Of a stretch of DNA of 32,821 bases, positions 8,037 through 17,574 are shown in pieces. The stretch covers positions 1 to 32,821 of the forward strand of contig JANOSQ010000447.1 in assembly GCA_031415915.1 (NCBI GenBank). The letters are read 5' to 3'. Position 1 is the stretch's first letter; every line of letters begins with the position of its first letter. The DNA comes from Fimbriiglobus sp. Lineage in GTDB: Bacteria > Planctomycetota > Planctomycetia > Gemmatales > Gemmataceae. Below the pieces are notes generated by a model. The model was not told the origin of the DNA. It was given only the letters and a program-made list of their open reading frames with translations, and searched no databases. Both the position numbers and the translations under genes were made by a program.

Positions 8037-8759
8037 ATGCGAAACGATTGCCCGTCGTGCAACACCGTTTACACCGTGACGCCGCAAGACGTCGGCAAGC
8101 GGATCATCTGCAAGCAGTGCAACGCGGCGCTGGTGATCGCCGAGGACGGCTTCCGCGTCGATCTTTCCGTCGCCGCCGCATCCAAGCCATCGAAGGTCAA
8201 GCCGACCCGCGAGAACGGTGCGGACGACGACATCGACCATCCGAAGAAATCGAAACCGATGAGGCCGGCGGGTCAGGAGCTGGCGATGGCCAAGGAGTTC
8301 TACGCGAAGTACGTGGACATCCCGACGATCCTCTTCGGCATCGGCGCGTTCTTCATCCTCACGTTCTTGTTTTTCCCGATGATCGGCAAGGCGAAGCACG
8401 AGCGCCGCATCGGCGGGTTGGCCGAGGAAAAGCTCGACATGGAAGTCGAAATCCGCAAGCTCCGCGAGAAATCGGGCAACGAGGAGAAGATCAAAAAGTT
8501 CGAGGAAGATTGGGCCAAGCGGTTGACGGTGCTCGAAGCCGAGGTCAAGTACGCGGAGATTTCCAACCAGCGCTCGGGCTACTTCGACCGCTACGGGCTG
8601 CTCTTCGGCTTCATTCTGCTCATGGTCGGCAGCCTCGGGATGGTTCGCTCCGAAACGCACCTCGTCAAGCGCATCTTCGGCGCGGCCGTGCTCGGCTTGC
8701 AAATGCTCATGGTCTTGTCGAGCTTGATCGGCGGCTGCCGCGGGTTACCGGGATCGTGA
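8037..8759 (+). CDS. zinc-ribbon (MJ0042-like) membrane protein with a coiled-coil segment, hypothetical
   Basis: The N-terminus CPSCNTVYTVTPQDVGKRIICKQCNAALVI has two CxxC pairs. One TM follows (IPTILFGIGAFFILTFLFFPMIG), then a charged heptad-like region (EEKLDMEVEIRKLREKSGNEEKIKKFEEDWAKR), then 2 more TM segments. Confidence 0.7.
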   Translation: MRNDCPSCNTVYTVTPQDVGKRIICKQCNAALVIAEDGFRVDLSVAAASKPSKVKPTRENGADDDIDHPKKSKPMRPAGQELAMAKEFYAKYVDIPTILFGIGAFFILTFLFFPMIGKAKHERRIGGLAEEKLDMEVEIRKLREKSGNEEKIKKFEEDWAKRLTVLEAEVKYAEISNQRSGYFDRYGLLFGFILLMVGSLGMVRSETHLVKRIFGAAVLGLQMLMVLSSLIGGCRGLPGS

Positions 8760-8814
8760 TCCCGCCTACAATTGCCGGGTGGGAACCGCACCGCGACTTT
8801 GGGATGACGAGCCG

Positions 8815-9567
8815 ATGCCCGATACTGCCGCCGATATGTTGACCCCGAAGTACAAGCGGGTGCTGCTCAAACTCAGCGGGGAAGCCTTCGGGCACAACGG
8901 CAAGAGCGGCATCAGCCTGGACGAGACGCTGCTCCTCGCCACTCAGATGAAACGCTTGGTCGAACGCGGCGTTCAACTGGCCGTGGTGGTCGGCGGGGGC
9001 AACTTGCTGCGGGGTGCCCAATTCTCGGCGGGGCCGACTCCGATGATCAACCCCGCGACCGCCGACAGCATGGGGATGCTGGCGACATTCATGAACGGCC
9101 TCGCGCTGCAAGACGTGCTGGAGAAGTTGGAAATCCCGACGCGGTTGCTCTCGGCCGTGCGGATCGATTCGTTCGCGGAGCCGTTCATCCGCCGGCGTGC
9201 GATCCGCCACTTGGAGAAAGGGCGCGTCGTTATCTTGGCCGGGGGCACCGGCAACCCGTACGTGACGACCGACTCCGCGGCCGCCCTGCGCGGGCGGGAG
9301 TTGAACGTCGATATCCTGTTGAAAGCCACCCGGGTCGATGGGATCTACAATGACGATCCGGAGAAGAACCCGCACGCGGTGAAGTACGAGCGGCTGACTT
9401 ATCAGAAAGCCATCGACTCCCGGTTGAAGGTGATGGACCTGAGCGCCTTCGACATGTGCCAGTCGGCCAAGTTGCCGGTGCTCGTGTTCAACTACAAACA
9501 GGATCGGGCCATCGAACGGGCCGTGGCCGGCCACCCGATCGGTACCCTCGTTTCCACAGAATCCTAA
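8815..9567 (+). CDS. pyrH: UMP kinase
   Basis: KRVLLKLSGEAF, VVVGGGNLLRG and ILAGGTGNPYVTTDSAAALRG are canonical PyrH motifs. The start is uncertain (GTG 8779, ATG 8815 or ATG 8836). Confidence 0.93.
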   Translation: MPDTAADMLTPKYKRVLLKLSGEAFGHNGKSGISLDETLLLATQMKRLVERGVQLAVVVGGGNLLRGAQFSAGPTPMINPATADSMGMLATFMNGLALQDVLEKLEIPTRLLSAVRIDSFAEPFIRRRAIRHLEKGRVVILAGGTGNPYVTTDSAAALRGRELNVDILLKATRVDGIYNDDPEKNPHAVKYERLTYQKAIDSRLKVMDLSAFDMCQSAKLPVLVFNYKQDRAIERAVAGHPIGTLVSTES

Positions 9568-9593
9568 TCCCCTCCCTTCGAACAGGAGCTAGC

Positions 9594-10151
9594 ATGGCCG
9601 CCCAAACGTTGAAAGACGCGACCGACCGAATGGAAAAAGCCCTCGGGGTGTTCGTCAACGAACTCAAAGGCCTCCGCAGCGGCCGGGCGTCCCCGGCGAT
9701 GCTCGATTCCATCCGAGTCGAATACTACGGTTCGCCGACGCCGGTGAAGCAGATCGCCAACATCTCCTGCCCCGACCCCGCGTCGATCATGATCAAGCCC
9801 TTCCAGACGGAAGACTTGAAGGAGATCGAAAAAGCGATCCGCTCCAGCGACCTCGGCTTGGCCCCGAACAACGACGGCAAGGTGATCCGCCTGAGCGTCC
9901 CGGCGATGTCCGGCGACCAGCGGAAGAAGCTCGTCGCGCAGATCAAGAAGCAGAGCGAAGCGTCGAAGATTTCCTGCCGGAACATCCGCCGCGATGCCAA
10001 CAAGGCCTACGAGGACGCCGAGAAGGCCAAGACGATGACCGAAGACGAACGGGACAAGGGCAAAGAGAAGATGCAGGATCTGCTGAAGCAGTACGAGGCT
10101 AAGATCGACCGGCTCAGCGACGAGAAGTCCAAGGAAATCATGGACGGGTGA
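9594..10151 (+). CDS. frr: ribosome recycling factor
   Basis: ATG at 9594 with AGGAG at 9584-9588. RVEYYGSPTPVKQIANISCPDPASIMIKPF and LGLAPNNDGKVIRLSVPAMSGDQRKKL are canonical Frr sequence. It lies immediately downstream of pyrH. Confidence 0.95.
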   Translation: MAAQTLKDATDRMEKALGVFVNELKGLRSGRASPAMLDSIRVEYYGSPTPVKQIANISCPDPASIMIKPFQTEDLKEIEKAIRSSDLGLAPNNDGKVIRLSVPAMSGDQRKKLVAQIKKQSEASKISCRNIRRDANKAYEDAEKAKTMTEDERDKGKEKMQDLLKQYEAKIDRLSDEKSKEIMDG

Positions 10152-10159
10152 GCGCCGCC

Positions 10160-10534
10160 ATGGACGAACAACTCGCCCCGCTCCGCGACTTGGCCGATAA
10201 GCTCCTGATCGGGCAGTACACCCGGCACGTCTTCCTCTGCGTCGGCGAGTCGTGCAGTGCGCCCGGTGTGGGGGAAGCCGCTTGGGAGGTGTTGAAAGCG
10301 GAGTTGAAGCGACGGAACCTATCGTTGGCAACGGGTTCGCGAGCGTGCTATCGGACGAAAGTGAATTGCTTGCGGCTCTGCCAAGGCGGGCCGATTTTAG
10401 TGGTGTATCCCGAAGGGACGTACTACGCGGGCATGACCGCCGAGCGGATCCCCGAATTCGTGGAGCGGCATCTGGTCGAAGGCCGGCCCATCGAGGAGCG
10501 GATTTTCGCCCGCAATCCGCTCCCGATGGCCTGA
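10160..10534 (+). CDS. thioredoxin-like [2Fe-2S] ferredoxin domain protein
   Basis: Four Cys in the family pattern: HVFLCVGESCSAPG ... VNCLRLCQGGPILVVYPEGTYY. The start is either ATG 10160 or GTG 10148, which overlaps the frr stop. Confidence 0.8.
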   Translation: MDEQLAPLRDLADKLLIGQYTRHVFLCVGESCSAPGVGEAAWEVLKAELKRRNLSLATGSRACYRTKVNCLRLCQGGPILVVYPEGTYYAGMTAERIPEFVERHLVEGRPIEERIFARNPLPMA

Positions 10535-10535
10535 C

Positions 10536-11681
10536 TCACTCCCGGCCGACTTTGCCGAGGAGCTTGTCCACGGTGGCCCGGTATTTTTCGGGCACTTTGT
10601 TGAGCGATTCGAACGTCGTCGTTTCATCCCGGTCGGTGATCACGATCTTCTTCGGCATGATCTTCCGGCCCTCCATCGCCCCCGCGATGTTGTACTTCAC
10701 GCCGCGGGCCGACGCTTGAATCGTGGCGGTGTCGCCGTTGATTTGCGTTTGCACTTGGTTGAAGTTGTCCCGCTCGCGGGGCCTGGCTTCCGGCGCTTTC
10801 GCCGCCTCCGGGATTTCGATGCCCTTGATGGTCTCCTTCTTCCCTTTGCGCAGGATCACCGCGTCCACTTTCTCGCCCGCTTTCGCCTCGGCGATCATCG
10901 TTTGGAACGCTTCGACGTCGGTGGCGATCTCCTTGCCGGCCCACTGGAGCAGCACGTCGTTCTTCTTCAGTCCGGCTTTCTCGGCGGGCATGCCGCGCAT
11001 CACGTCCACAATGACCAAGCCGGTATCCGGTTTGAGGTCGAGTTGCTCGGCGAGGACGCCCGAAGGTTTTTCGAGTTGCACCCCGAGGCGGGGCTGGGCG
11101 CCGCCCAAGCGGAAGTTGAAATCGCCGAAATCCGCGAAGGGCAGGGGGGCGGGTAGCGGTTGCAACTGCAGTCGCGGGAAATTCGGCTGCGGCCGGGCTT
11201 CGTCGGCTTTCTTCAATTCCGCTTCCATCGCCTTCTTGTATTCGTCGCGCGCCTTCTCGATGCCCTCGCGGGCTTCCTTGTCGTCTTTGAGCTTGTCGAT
11301 CGACTCGGCGAATTCTCTGAGTTGCTTCTCGTATTGCTCGCGCAGTTCGCTCTTGGGAACCGGCCCGGGATCTCGGCCGACGGGGAAGGGGGCAAGTTGC
11401 AACTGGAAAGCCCCGCCCCGTTGCACGAGTATCTGCTTTTGGAGCTTCAGTACGAGGTCGAGCGCCTTCTGCGGATCGTCGGCCCGCATGGCTTCGTCAA
11501 TCGCCTTCTTCAGTTCCAAGTTTCGATCGAGCTGCCGGAGGGGCGTTTTCTCCTCAGGCGCATCGGGAAATTTCACCGAGCCGGGGGCGGGTAGCTCCAA
11601 TTGGGCCGATGCGGGAAGCGAGATCAGCGAACAGGCAGCGAGGATCGCGAGCCATTTTCCAAACTGCGGAATGCCCTTCAT
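10536..11681 (-). CDS. exported PDZ domain protein (no protease domain seen)
   Basis: Signal peptide MKGIPQFGKWLAILAACSLISLPASAQ. PDZ core GLVIVDVMRGMPAEKAGLKKNDVLLQWAGKEI...VDAVILRKGKK. The N-terminal half is a charged helical region. Confidence 0.8.
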   Translation of the reverse strand: MKGIPQFGKWLAILAACSLISLPASAQLELPAPGSVKFPDAPEEKTPLRQLDRNLELKKAIDEAMRADDPQKALDLVLKLQKQILVQRGGAFQLQLAPFPVGRDPGPVPKSELREQYEKQLREFAESIDKLKDDKEAREGIEKARDEYKKAMEAELKKADEARPQPNFPRLQLQPLPAPLPFADFGDFNFRLGGAQPRLGVQLEKPSGVLAEQLDLKPDTGLVIVDVMRGMPAEKAGLKKNDVLLQWAGKEIATDVEAFQTMIAEAKAGEKVDAVILRKGKKETIKGIEIPEAAKAPEARPRERDNFNQVQTQINGDTATIQASARGVKYNIAGAMEGRKIMPKKIVITDRDETTTFESLNKVPEKYRATVDKLLGKVGRE

Positions 11682-11756
11682 AAGACTGCTCCTGAACGGG
11701 TACTGTCACTCCGAACTAGTATACCCCACCGGGCGCCGCGAGAAAATGGTGCGAGC

Positions 11757-13607
11757 TCACCCCATCAACCCCGCGAGCGGGCCACCCCGTGCGGCGAGCG
11801 CAACTACCCGCTTCGTGATCGCGGGATCCTCGACCAACGGCGGGGCCATGTGCGGCTTCCGACGGGCATCGAGCACCACCGGCCCCTGGCAACCGAAGTG
11901 CTTGCGGAACGTGAACCGACCGACACCGAGCAGATCGGTCGCCGGGTTGACCCGAGTGAACGTGGACCAGAGCCAATTGTTGAGCGACGCGGCGGAGAAC
12001 CCGGCATCGTCGGCGAGCGTGACGAGCGGGAACTGCATTAGGTCGCACTCGGCCAGCGCGTCGCAAATTTCCACCAACTCGGGTTCGTATTCCGCATCCG
12101 CCGTCGTACCCTTGTGCGGCGGCGCTTCCAGCACCAACACGCCGGGCAACACCACTTGCGCGGCGCGCACGCAGCGCGGCAACTTCAATCCCGTCGAGAT
12201 TTCGATGCCCAATTGACGGCGCCGCGGCCCGGCCGCTGCCATGACCACTTTGGAACCCCGATTCAACCCTTCCCCCGCGGAATAGTCGAGCGTGTCGATG
12301 GTCGTGCACGTTTGGAAATGTAGGTCGTTGGCCCAATCGACGCGCTCCAAGAAGTGGCGGAAGAACGCGGCGATGTCGTGGATGTCCAACTCCGGATTGT
12401 CTTCGTGGGCGACGATGATCAAAAACTTCGCCAGTGAGAGTTGCCCTTGCCCGAGGATGGCATTGGCCTGCGTCAACAGTTCCTGCGGACGCCGGTCGGC
12501 GCTGTAAGGCGTGTAGCGCTCCGAACCGATGGCCAGCAGCAAGGGGTGAACGCCGGCCGCATCGACCGCGTGGACGGCCTTCACCCCCGGCAGAACCGAC
12601 GGGATGATCGGCCCGGTCAATTCGTGGATGAACTGGCCGAACGAGGTGTCTTCTTGCGGGGGGCGCCCGACGACCGTGAAGGGCCAAATCGCACCCGGCC
12701 GATGGTAAACCCTCTCGACATGCATCACGGGGAAGGGGTGAGCCAAGCTGTAGTAGCCCAGGTGATCGCCGAATGGCCCTTCGGGTTTGGTCGCCGACGG
12801 GTGTATCACACCCGAGAAAACGAAGTCGGCTTCGGCCGGCATCGGCAATCCATTCTCGGCGCGGACGAATCGCAACCGGCGCCCGCCGAGGGCTCCGGCG
12901 AACGCCAACTCGGGCAAGCCCTCGGGCAACGGCATCACGGCGCTCACCGCCAATGCGGGCGGCCCGCCGACGATCACGTTGACCCGGAGCGGCTCGCCGC
13001 GTCGGCCCGCCGCCGCGTGGTGGATGCCGATGCCGCGGTGGATCTGATAATGCAGGCCGATCTCGCGGTCGGGGACATACTCGTTCCCGCTTACTTGGAC
13101 GCGGTACATGCCGAGGTTCGATTTCCGCCAGCCCGGTTCATCCGGGTGCTCGGTGTAAACTTGCGGCAATGTGATAAACGCTCCCCCGTCGTCCGGCCAG
13201 CATTTCAATTGCGGCACCGCGGAAACGGTCGTCCGGTGATTCAAAATCGGCCCGCGGCGAACCGCCTTCGGCCGCAGCCGCCAGAGCAGCATCGGCAAGT
13301 TCCAGTACTGCCAAGGTCGCTTCGCAGCCCGACTCGGGTCGATCTTCAATTCGACCAGCTTGCGGACGTCCGCGAGGGCATCCCGGAACAAAAACCGCGT
13401 GCGATCCAAGCTTCCGAAGAGGTTGGCGAGCATCGGGAACGCGGTTCCTTTCGGGTGCGTGAACAGAATTGCCGGGCCGCCCGCGCGGTAGAGGCGACGT
13501 TGAATCTCGGCCATTTCCAAGTGCGGATCGACCGGATGCGACACGCGGACGAGGTGCCCGTGCCTCTCGAGATCGTCCACGGCCTCCCGGAGATTGCGAT
13601 GACCCAT
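11757..13607 (-). CDS. UbiD family decarboxylase (long form)
   Basis: The start is placed at MGHRNLREAVDDLERHGHLVRVSHPVDPHLEMAEIQRR, a typical UbiD N-terminus. The similarity pattern runs through GPFGDHLGYY and the C-terminal extension. The ORF continues upstream to ATG 13730. Confidence 0.85.
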   Translation of the reverse strand: MGHRNLREAVDDLERHGHLVRVSHPVDPHLEMAEIQRRLYRAGGPAILFTHPKGTAFPMLANLFGSLDRTRFLFRDALADVRKLVELKIDPSRAAKRPWQYWNLPMLLWRLRPKAVRRGPILNHRTTVSAVPQLKCWPDDGGAFITLPQVYTEHPDEPGWRKSNLGMYRVQVSGNEYVPDREIGLHYQIHRGIGIHHAAAGRRGEPLRVNVIVGGPPALAVSAVMPLPEGLPELAFAGALGGRRLRFVRAENGLPMPAEADFVFSGVIHPSATKPEGPFGDHLGYYSLAHPFPVMHVERVYHRPGAIWPFTVVGRPPQEDTSFGQFIHELTGPIIPSVLPGVKAVHAVDAAGVHPLLLAIGSERYTPYSADRRPQELLTQANAILGQGQLSLAKFLIIVAHEDNPELDIHDIAAFFRHFLERVDWANDLHFQTCTTIDTLDYSAGEGLNRGSKVVMAAAGPRRRQLGIEISTGLKLPRCVRAAQVVLPGVLVLEAPPHKGTTADAEYEPELVEICDALAECDLMQFPLVTLADDAGFSAASLNNWLWSTFTRVNPATDLLGVGRFTFRKHFGCQGPVVLDARRKPHMAPPLVEDPAITKRVVALAARGGPLAGLMG

Positions 13608-13804
13608 TCGAGACCCCGTGTGCGAAGCCCGAGAAATAGAAACCGGCATCGCACCGATTCGGTAACCGCCTCCGAATTCAGGTGCCCGCATGAATTCGGT
13701 GAAATCGTATCGGGAAATCGGAAAGTTCACCGCATAGCGTCAACGGCGAAGTATATTCGGAATACTGCCCACTCTGCCGGACACCCAAACTTTCCGGTCC
13801 CGCG

Positions 13805-16800
13805 ATGTTCCTTCGAAAACGAGTCGGCACCGCCATGCTCGTTCCCTTGGGGATCTTCGTCGCCGCATTCTTCCTCGGCAGCGGGTTGCTCGGTCTCGCC
13901 GTCGGGTTGCCCGACGGGTTGATTTTAGCGGCCCCGTTGGGCCTGGGGTGGGTCGCTCCTTTGGTCTGGGGCCGGCGCGCACTCCTTCCGTTTATCGCCG
14001 GCTCGCTTCTGGCTTCACTTCTCGCGGCACCGCTACCCGGATTGATTGTGGCGACGCTCGTTTTGTCAGCCGGGGATGCCGGCTTGGGTTGGGCCTACTC
14101 GCGCCGTCGGTCGTTCCCCGACGGCTTGAACCGCATCCGCGACCTCTTGGCATTCACCGCGGCCAGCTCGGTCGCCGGCCTCGCCCGCGGATTGATCGTC
14201 TTCGTCGCGGCCATCGCATTCGGAATCGACTCCCCCGGGAATTTGTGCTTCGCAGCCGTTGGGGTCGGCGTCTTCTCGAATCTCGCTTTGGGCGTCGTCA
14301 CGCTGGGGTTCACGGGGCAGTGGCGAATCGATTGGACCCGCCTCCGCGCGATCGAGTTGATCGGTCTCCTCGGCACCCTCGGCGGACTGACGATCTACCT
14401 GTTCGCGATGGACGGGTCGAGTCGCTTCGCGAACTTCTTCCCGATGGCCGTCGCCCTGATGGGCTTGCAGACGTGGCTCGCACTGCGGTTCCACATCTGG
14501 GGGATCGCGATCCACCGCGCGCTCTGGTTGACCCTGTGCATCGCCTTCGCGATCCGGGGAGTCCAACTGGAGACGGTGCTCCCGCTCGCGAGCGATCCGC
14601 TCTATTGCTCCGGGTATTTGTTTATCTTGGTTCTGCTGCTGTTCATCCAACTGACGATCGGGGCGATCGCGAGCGATCGGGTGATCGAGTTCGAAGCCAA
14701 CGCCGCGCTCACCGCCGAATTGATCGCGCGGAATGGCGAATTGGTGCGGCTCGCCGCGGCCGACCGCGACCAGAAAGCGTTCTTGGATACCGTCCTCAAC
14801 CAAATGCCGGCGGGGGTGATGATCGTCGGTCTGGACGGCGGCATTCTCTGGCGCAACCAACGGCACCGGGATTTGTGGAACGACACGACACCGCAAGGGG
14901 TGGGGTTGAAAGACCTCCAACGCCATCGGATCTCGGCGACGAAAGAGCAATCGGTTCCCTACGAGAGTTGGCCGATCGTGAAAGCCATCACGAGCGGCGT
15001 GGTGACGGAAGGTTTCGAAGCGCGGATTCTCTCGGCACAGGGCGGTATGATCGACGTGTCCATCAGCGCCTCCCCGGTCCGCGATCCCGCCGGTCAATTG
15101 ATCGGTGCGGTTTCGATCTTGCTCGATATGGGCGAGCGCAAGGCCGCGATCCGATTGCTCCGCGAGAAAGAAGAGCGACTCCGCTTCGCCCTCAGTTCGG
15201 CCCGGATGATCGCCTACGAATGGTGCATTCACACCCAGATCATCCAAACGTCCGAACCGTTGGCGCAATGGCTCGGGGTGGAAACGACCGCCGTCTCCAC
15301 TTTGGGAGAAGTGCTGAAAGTCGTCCACCCCAACGACGTTCAGTATGTGCGGGACGCCATCCGCGCGTTGATCGGCGCGGGCAAAGAATGCGAATGCGAA
15401 TTCCGCGTCCCGGGTGCCGGGGGGATGCTCTGGGTGCAGTGCCGCGGTCGCCGGCTCGTCGACGACGACGGCAAGTTGACGGATCGCGTCGCGGGCATCA
15501 TCATTGATGTCTCGGATCGCCGGCGCTCGGAAGCGCGGCTCCGGCTCGTCGAATCGGCGGTGGTTCACGCGCGCGATGCGGTCGTCATCTTGGAATCGGA
15601 GCCGAACGCCGCGCCCGGTCGGTGCGTGCTCTACGCCAACGACGCCTTCTGCGAAATCACCGGCTACGGCGTCGAGGAACTCCGCGGCCGGTCGCTCCAT
15701 TTCCTGCGCGGCCCCGAGTCCGACTCCGCAACGCTGGAGCGGATGCGCGAGGCGCTGGACAAAGGCGAACCGTTCAAAGGTGAACTCCTCAACTACCGGC
15801 GGGACGGTTCCACGTTCTGGGTCGAGATCAGCGTCGTCCCCGTCCCGGATTCCATGGGGCAATGCGCCCACTGGGTGATGATCCAACGCGACATCGGCGA
15901 CCGGAAGCGATCCGAATTGGTCCTGCAGCGCAGCGAGGCCATGTTGTCCGACGCCCAGCGGATCGCCCACTTCGGCTCGTGGGAATACTTGCCGCCGACC
16001 GGCGAATGCCGGTGGTCCGCCGAGAAGTTCCGCATCTTCGGCCTCGATCCCGGGCGTACCGTCGCGTCGGTCGAACTCTATCTGGCGGCGGTTCACCCGG
16101 ACGATCGCGAAAAAGTGAACCGGGCGTCCCGCGAAGCCCAACAGCTCGATTACCCCTACTCGCTCGAATTCCGGATCCTCCGACCGTCCGGCGAAATCCG
16201 CTACATCACCGAGGAGTACCACGCCGATTTCGACTCGTCCGGCGCCCCGCTTCGATACTGGGGGGTCACCAAAGACGACACCGAAAAGCGGCAGTCCCAA
16301 GAGCAACTCTTCCAAGCCCAGAAGATGGAACTCATCGGCCAGATGGCCGGGGGCATCGCCCACGACTTCAACAACCTGCTGACCGGGATCATCGGCAACC
16401 TCCACTTGGCCCGCATCCCGGACTCGGATCCGAACCGGATGCATGTGGCCACGGCGCTGAGCGCGGCGAACCGGGCCGCGGAGCTCACGAAGAAACTCTT
16501 GGGCTTCGCTCGCAAGAACCAACTCGTGTTGCAGACGATCCGCGTCGGAGACGTCGTCACGGAGGTCGTCAACTTCGTCTCGCGGACATTCGACCCCCGC
16601 GTGACGGTCTCCGCGGTGCCCGGCGAAGATCAACTGATCCTCGCCGATGCCACGCTCATTTCGCAGGTGTTGCTGAACCTCTGCTTGAATGCCCGCGATG
16701 CCATGCCCCACGGCGGGAGCATCCGAATCCGCACGGGCGCGGTCGCCCTCGCGGCCTCGGCCGATGACCCCGCGGCGCCGGCGGGAGAATTCGTCCGACT

Positions 16801-17527
16801 CTCGATCACAGACACGGGCGAAGGGATGGGCCCCGAAGTTCTCGCGCGGCTGTTCGAACCATTCTTTACGACGAAGCCGGTCGGCCAAGGCACCGGCTTG
16901 GGGTTGGCGATGGTGCACGGCATCATGACCCAACATCGGGGTTGGGTCGAAGTGCAGTCCGAACCCGGACGCGGAACCCGCTTCGATCTCTTTCTGCCGC
17001 GCTCGACGGAATTGATCCCGGCCGCGCGGAACACCCCGGCGATCGACCCGGACGCGGCGTCTGAAACCGTGTTGGATTGCACGCCGATGCCGGTCGGTTT
17101 GCTCCGGACCATCCTCCTCGTCGACGACGAACCGATGATTCGGGACATCGGCAGGGCCGTTCTCGAAGCGGCCGGGTTCGCGGTTTTGGAAGCCGGCGAC
17201 GGCGAGGAAGCCATCGAACTCTTCGTTCGTCATTCCGCGAACATCGATCTCGTCGTGCTCGACCTCACCATGCCCAAGCTCTCGGGGCAGGATACGTTCC
17301 GCGCCCTCGAAGAAATCGACCCGCGCGTCCGCATTTTGTTCTCCAGCGGCTACTCGTCCGATAGCCTCGAGGGCACGGAAGGGGCGTTCGGCCTCCTGCC
17401 CAAGCCATATCGCCCGCAGACCCTTCTGGAAACGATCCGGAGCGTCCTGGCCATGCCGCCGATGAATCCGCTCCCGACTTCGATGTCGCATTCGCCCGTC
17501 CCCGCCGAATATGCCGTCGGCGGCTAG
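13805..17527 (+). CDS. hybrid sensor histidine kinase: polytopic membrane sensor domain, 4 PAS, HisKA, HATPase_c, receiver
   Basis: About 290 aa of TM helices come first. PAS-like modules lie at roughly aa 322-445, 455-575, 582-700 and 710-830. H-box is IAHDFNNLLT. ATP-lid boxes are DTGEGM and GTGLGLAMV. The receiver is ILLVDDEP...LVVLDLTMPKLSG...KPY. Confidence 0.92.
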   Translation: MFLRKRVGTAMLVPLGIFVAAFFLGSGLLGLAVGLPDGLILAAPLGLGWVAPLVWGRRALLPFIAGSLLASLLAAPLPGLIVATLVLSAGDAGLGWAYSRRRSFPDGLNRIRDLLAFTAASSVAGLARGLIVFVAAIAFGIDSPGNLCFAAVGVGVFSNLALGVVTLGFTGQWRIDWTRLRAIELIGLLGTLGGLTIYLFAMDGSSRFANFFPMAVALMGLQTWLALRFHIWGIAIHRALWLTLCIAFAIRGVQLETVLPLASDPLYCSGYLFILVLLLFIQLTIGAIASDRVIEFEANAALTAELIARNGELVRLAAADRDQKAFLDTVLNQMPAGVMIVGLDGGILWRNQRHRDLWNDTTPQGVGLKDLQRHRISATKEQSVPYESWPIVKAITSGVVTEGFEARILSAQGGMIDVSISASPVRDPAGQLIGAVSILLDMGERKAAIRLLREKEERLRFALSSARMIAYEWCIHTQIIQTSEPLAQWLGVETTAVSTLGEVLKVVHPNDVQYVRDAIRALIGAGKECECEFRVPGAGGMLWVQCRGRRLVDDDGKLTDRVAGIIIDVSDRRRSEARLRLVESAVVHARDAVVILESEPNAAPGRCVLYANDAFCEITGYGVEELRGRSLHFLRGPESDSATLERMREALDKGEPFKGELLNYRRDGSTFWVEISVVPVPDSMGQCAHWVMIQRDIGDRKRSELVLQRSEAMLSDAQRIAHFGSWEYLPPTGECRWSAEKFRIFGLDPGRTVASVELYLAAVHPDDREKVNRASREAQQLDYPYSLEFRILRPSGEIRYITEEYHADFDSSGAPLRYWGVTKDDTEKRQSQEQLFQAQKMELIGQMAGGIAHDFNNLLTGIIGNLHLARIPDSDPNRMHVATALSAANRAAELTKKLLGFARKNQLVLQTIRVGDVVTEVVNFVSRTFDPRVTVSAVPGEDQLILADATLISQVLLNLCLNARDAMPHGGSIRIRTGAVALAASADDPAAPAGEFVRLSITDTGEGMGPEVLARLFEPFFTTKPVGQGTGLGLAMVHGIMTQHRGWVEVQSEPGRGTRFDLFLPRSTELIPAARNTPAIDPDAASETVLDCTPMPVGLLRTILLVDDEPMIRDIGRAVLEAAGFAVLEAGDGEEAIELFVRHSANIDLVVLDLTMPKLSGQDTFRALEEIDPRVRILFSSGYSSDSLEGTEGAFGLLPKPYRPQTLLETIRSVLAMPPMNPLPTSMSHSPVPAEYAVGG

Positions 17528-17574
17528 AATCGTAGAACGAACGGTGTCGAACCGTCGTTCCCTCGGGTGTCTCC

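Noticed and set aside
17535-17560. Hairpin gaacga(a)cgg-N7-ccgtcgttc between the kinase stop and the MFS start, as an intrinsic terminator
   Set aside because: It is a 9-bp bulged stem with no downstream U-tract, only 15 nt before the next start codon. It could equally be nothing or a weak attenuator, so it is not reported as a feature.
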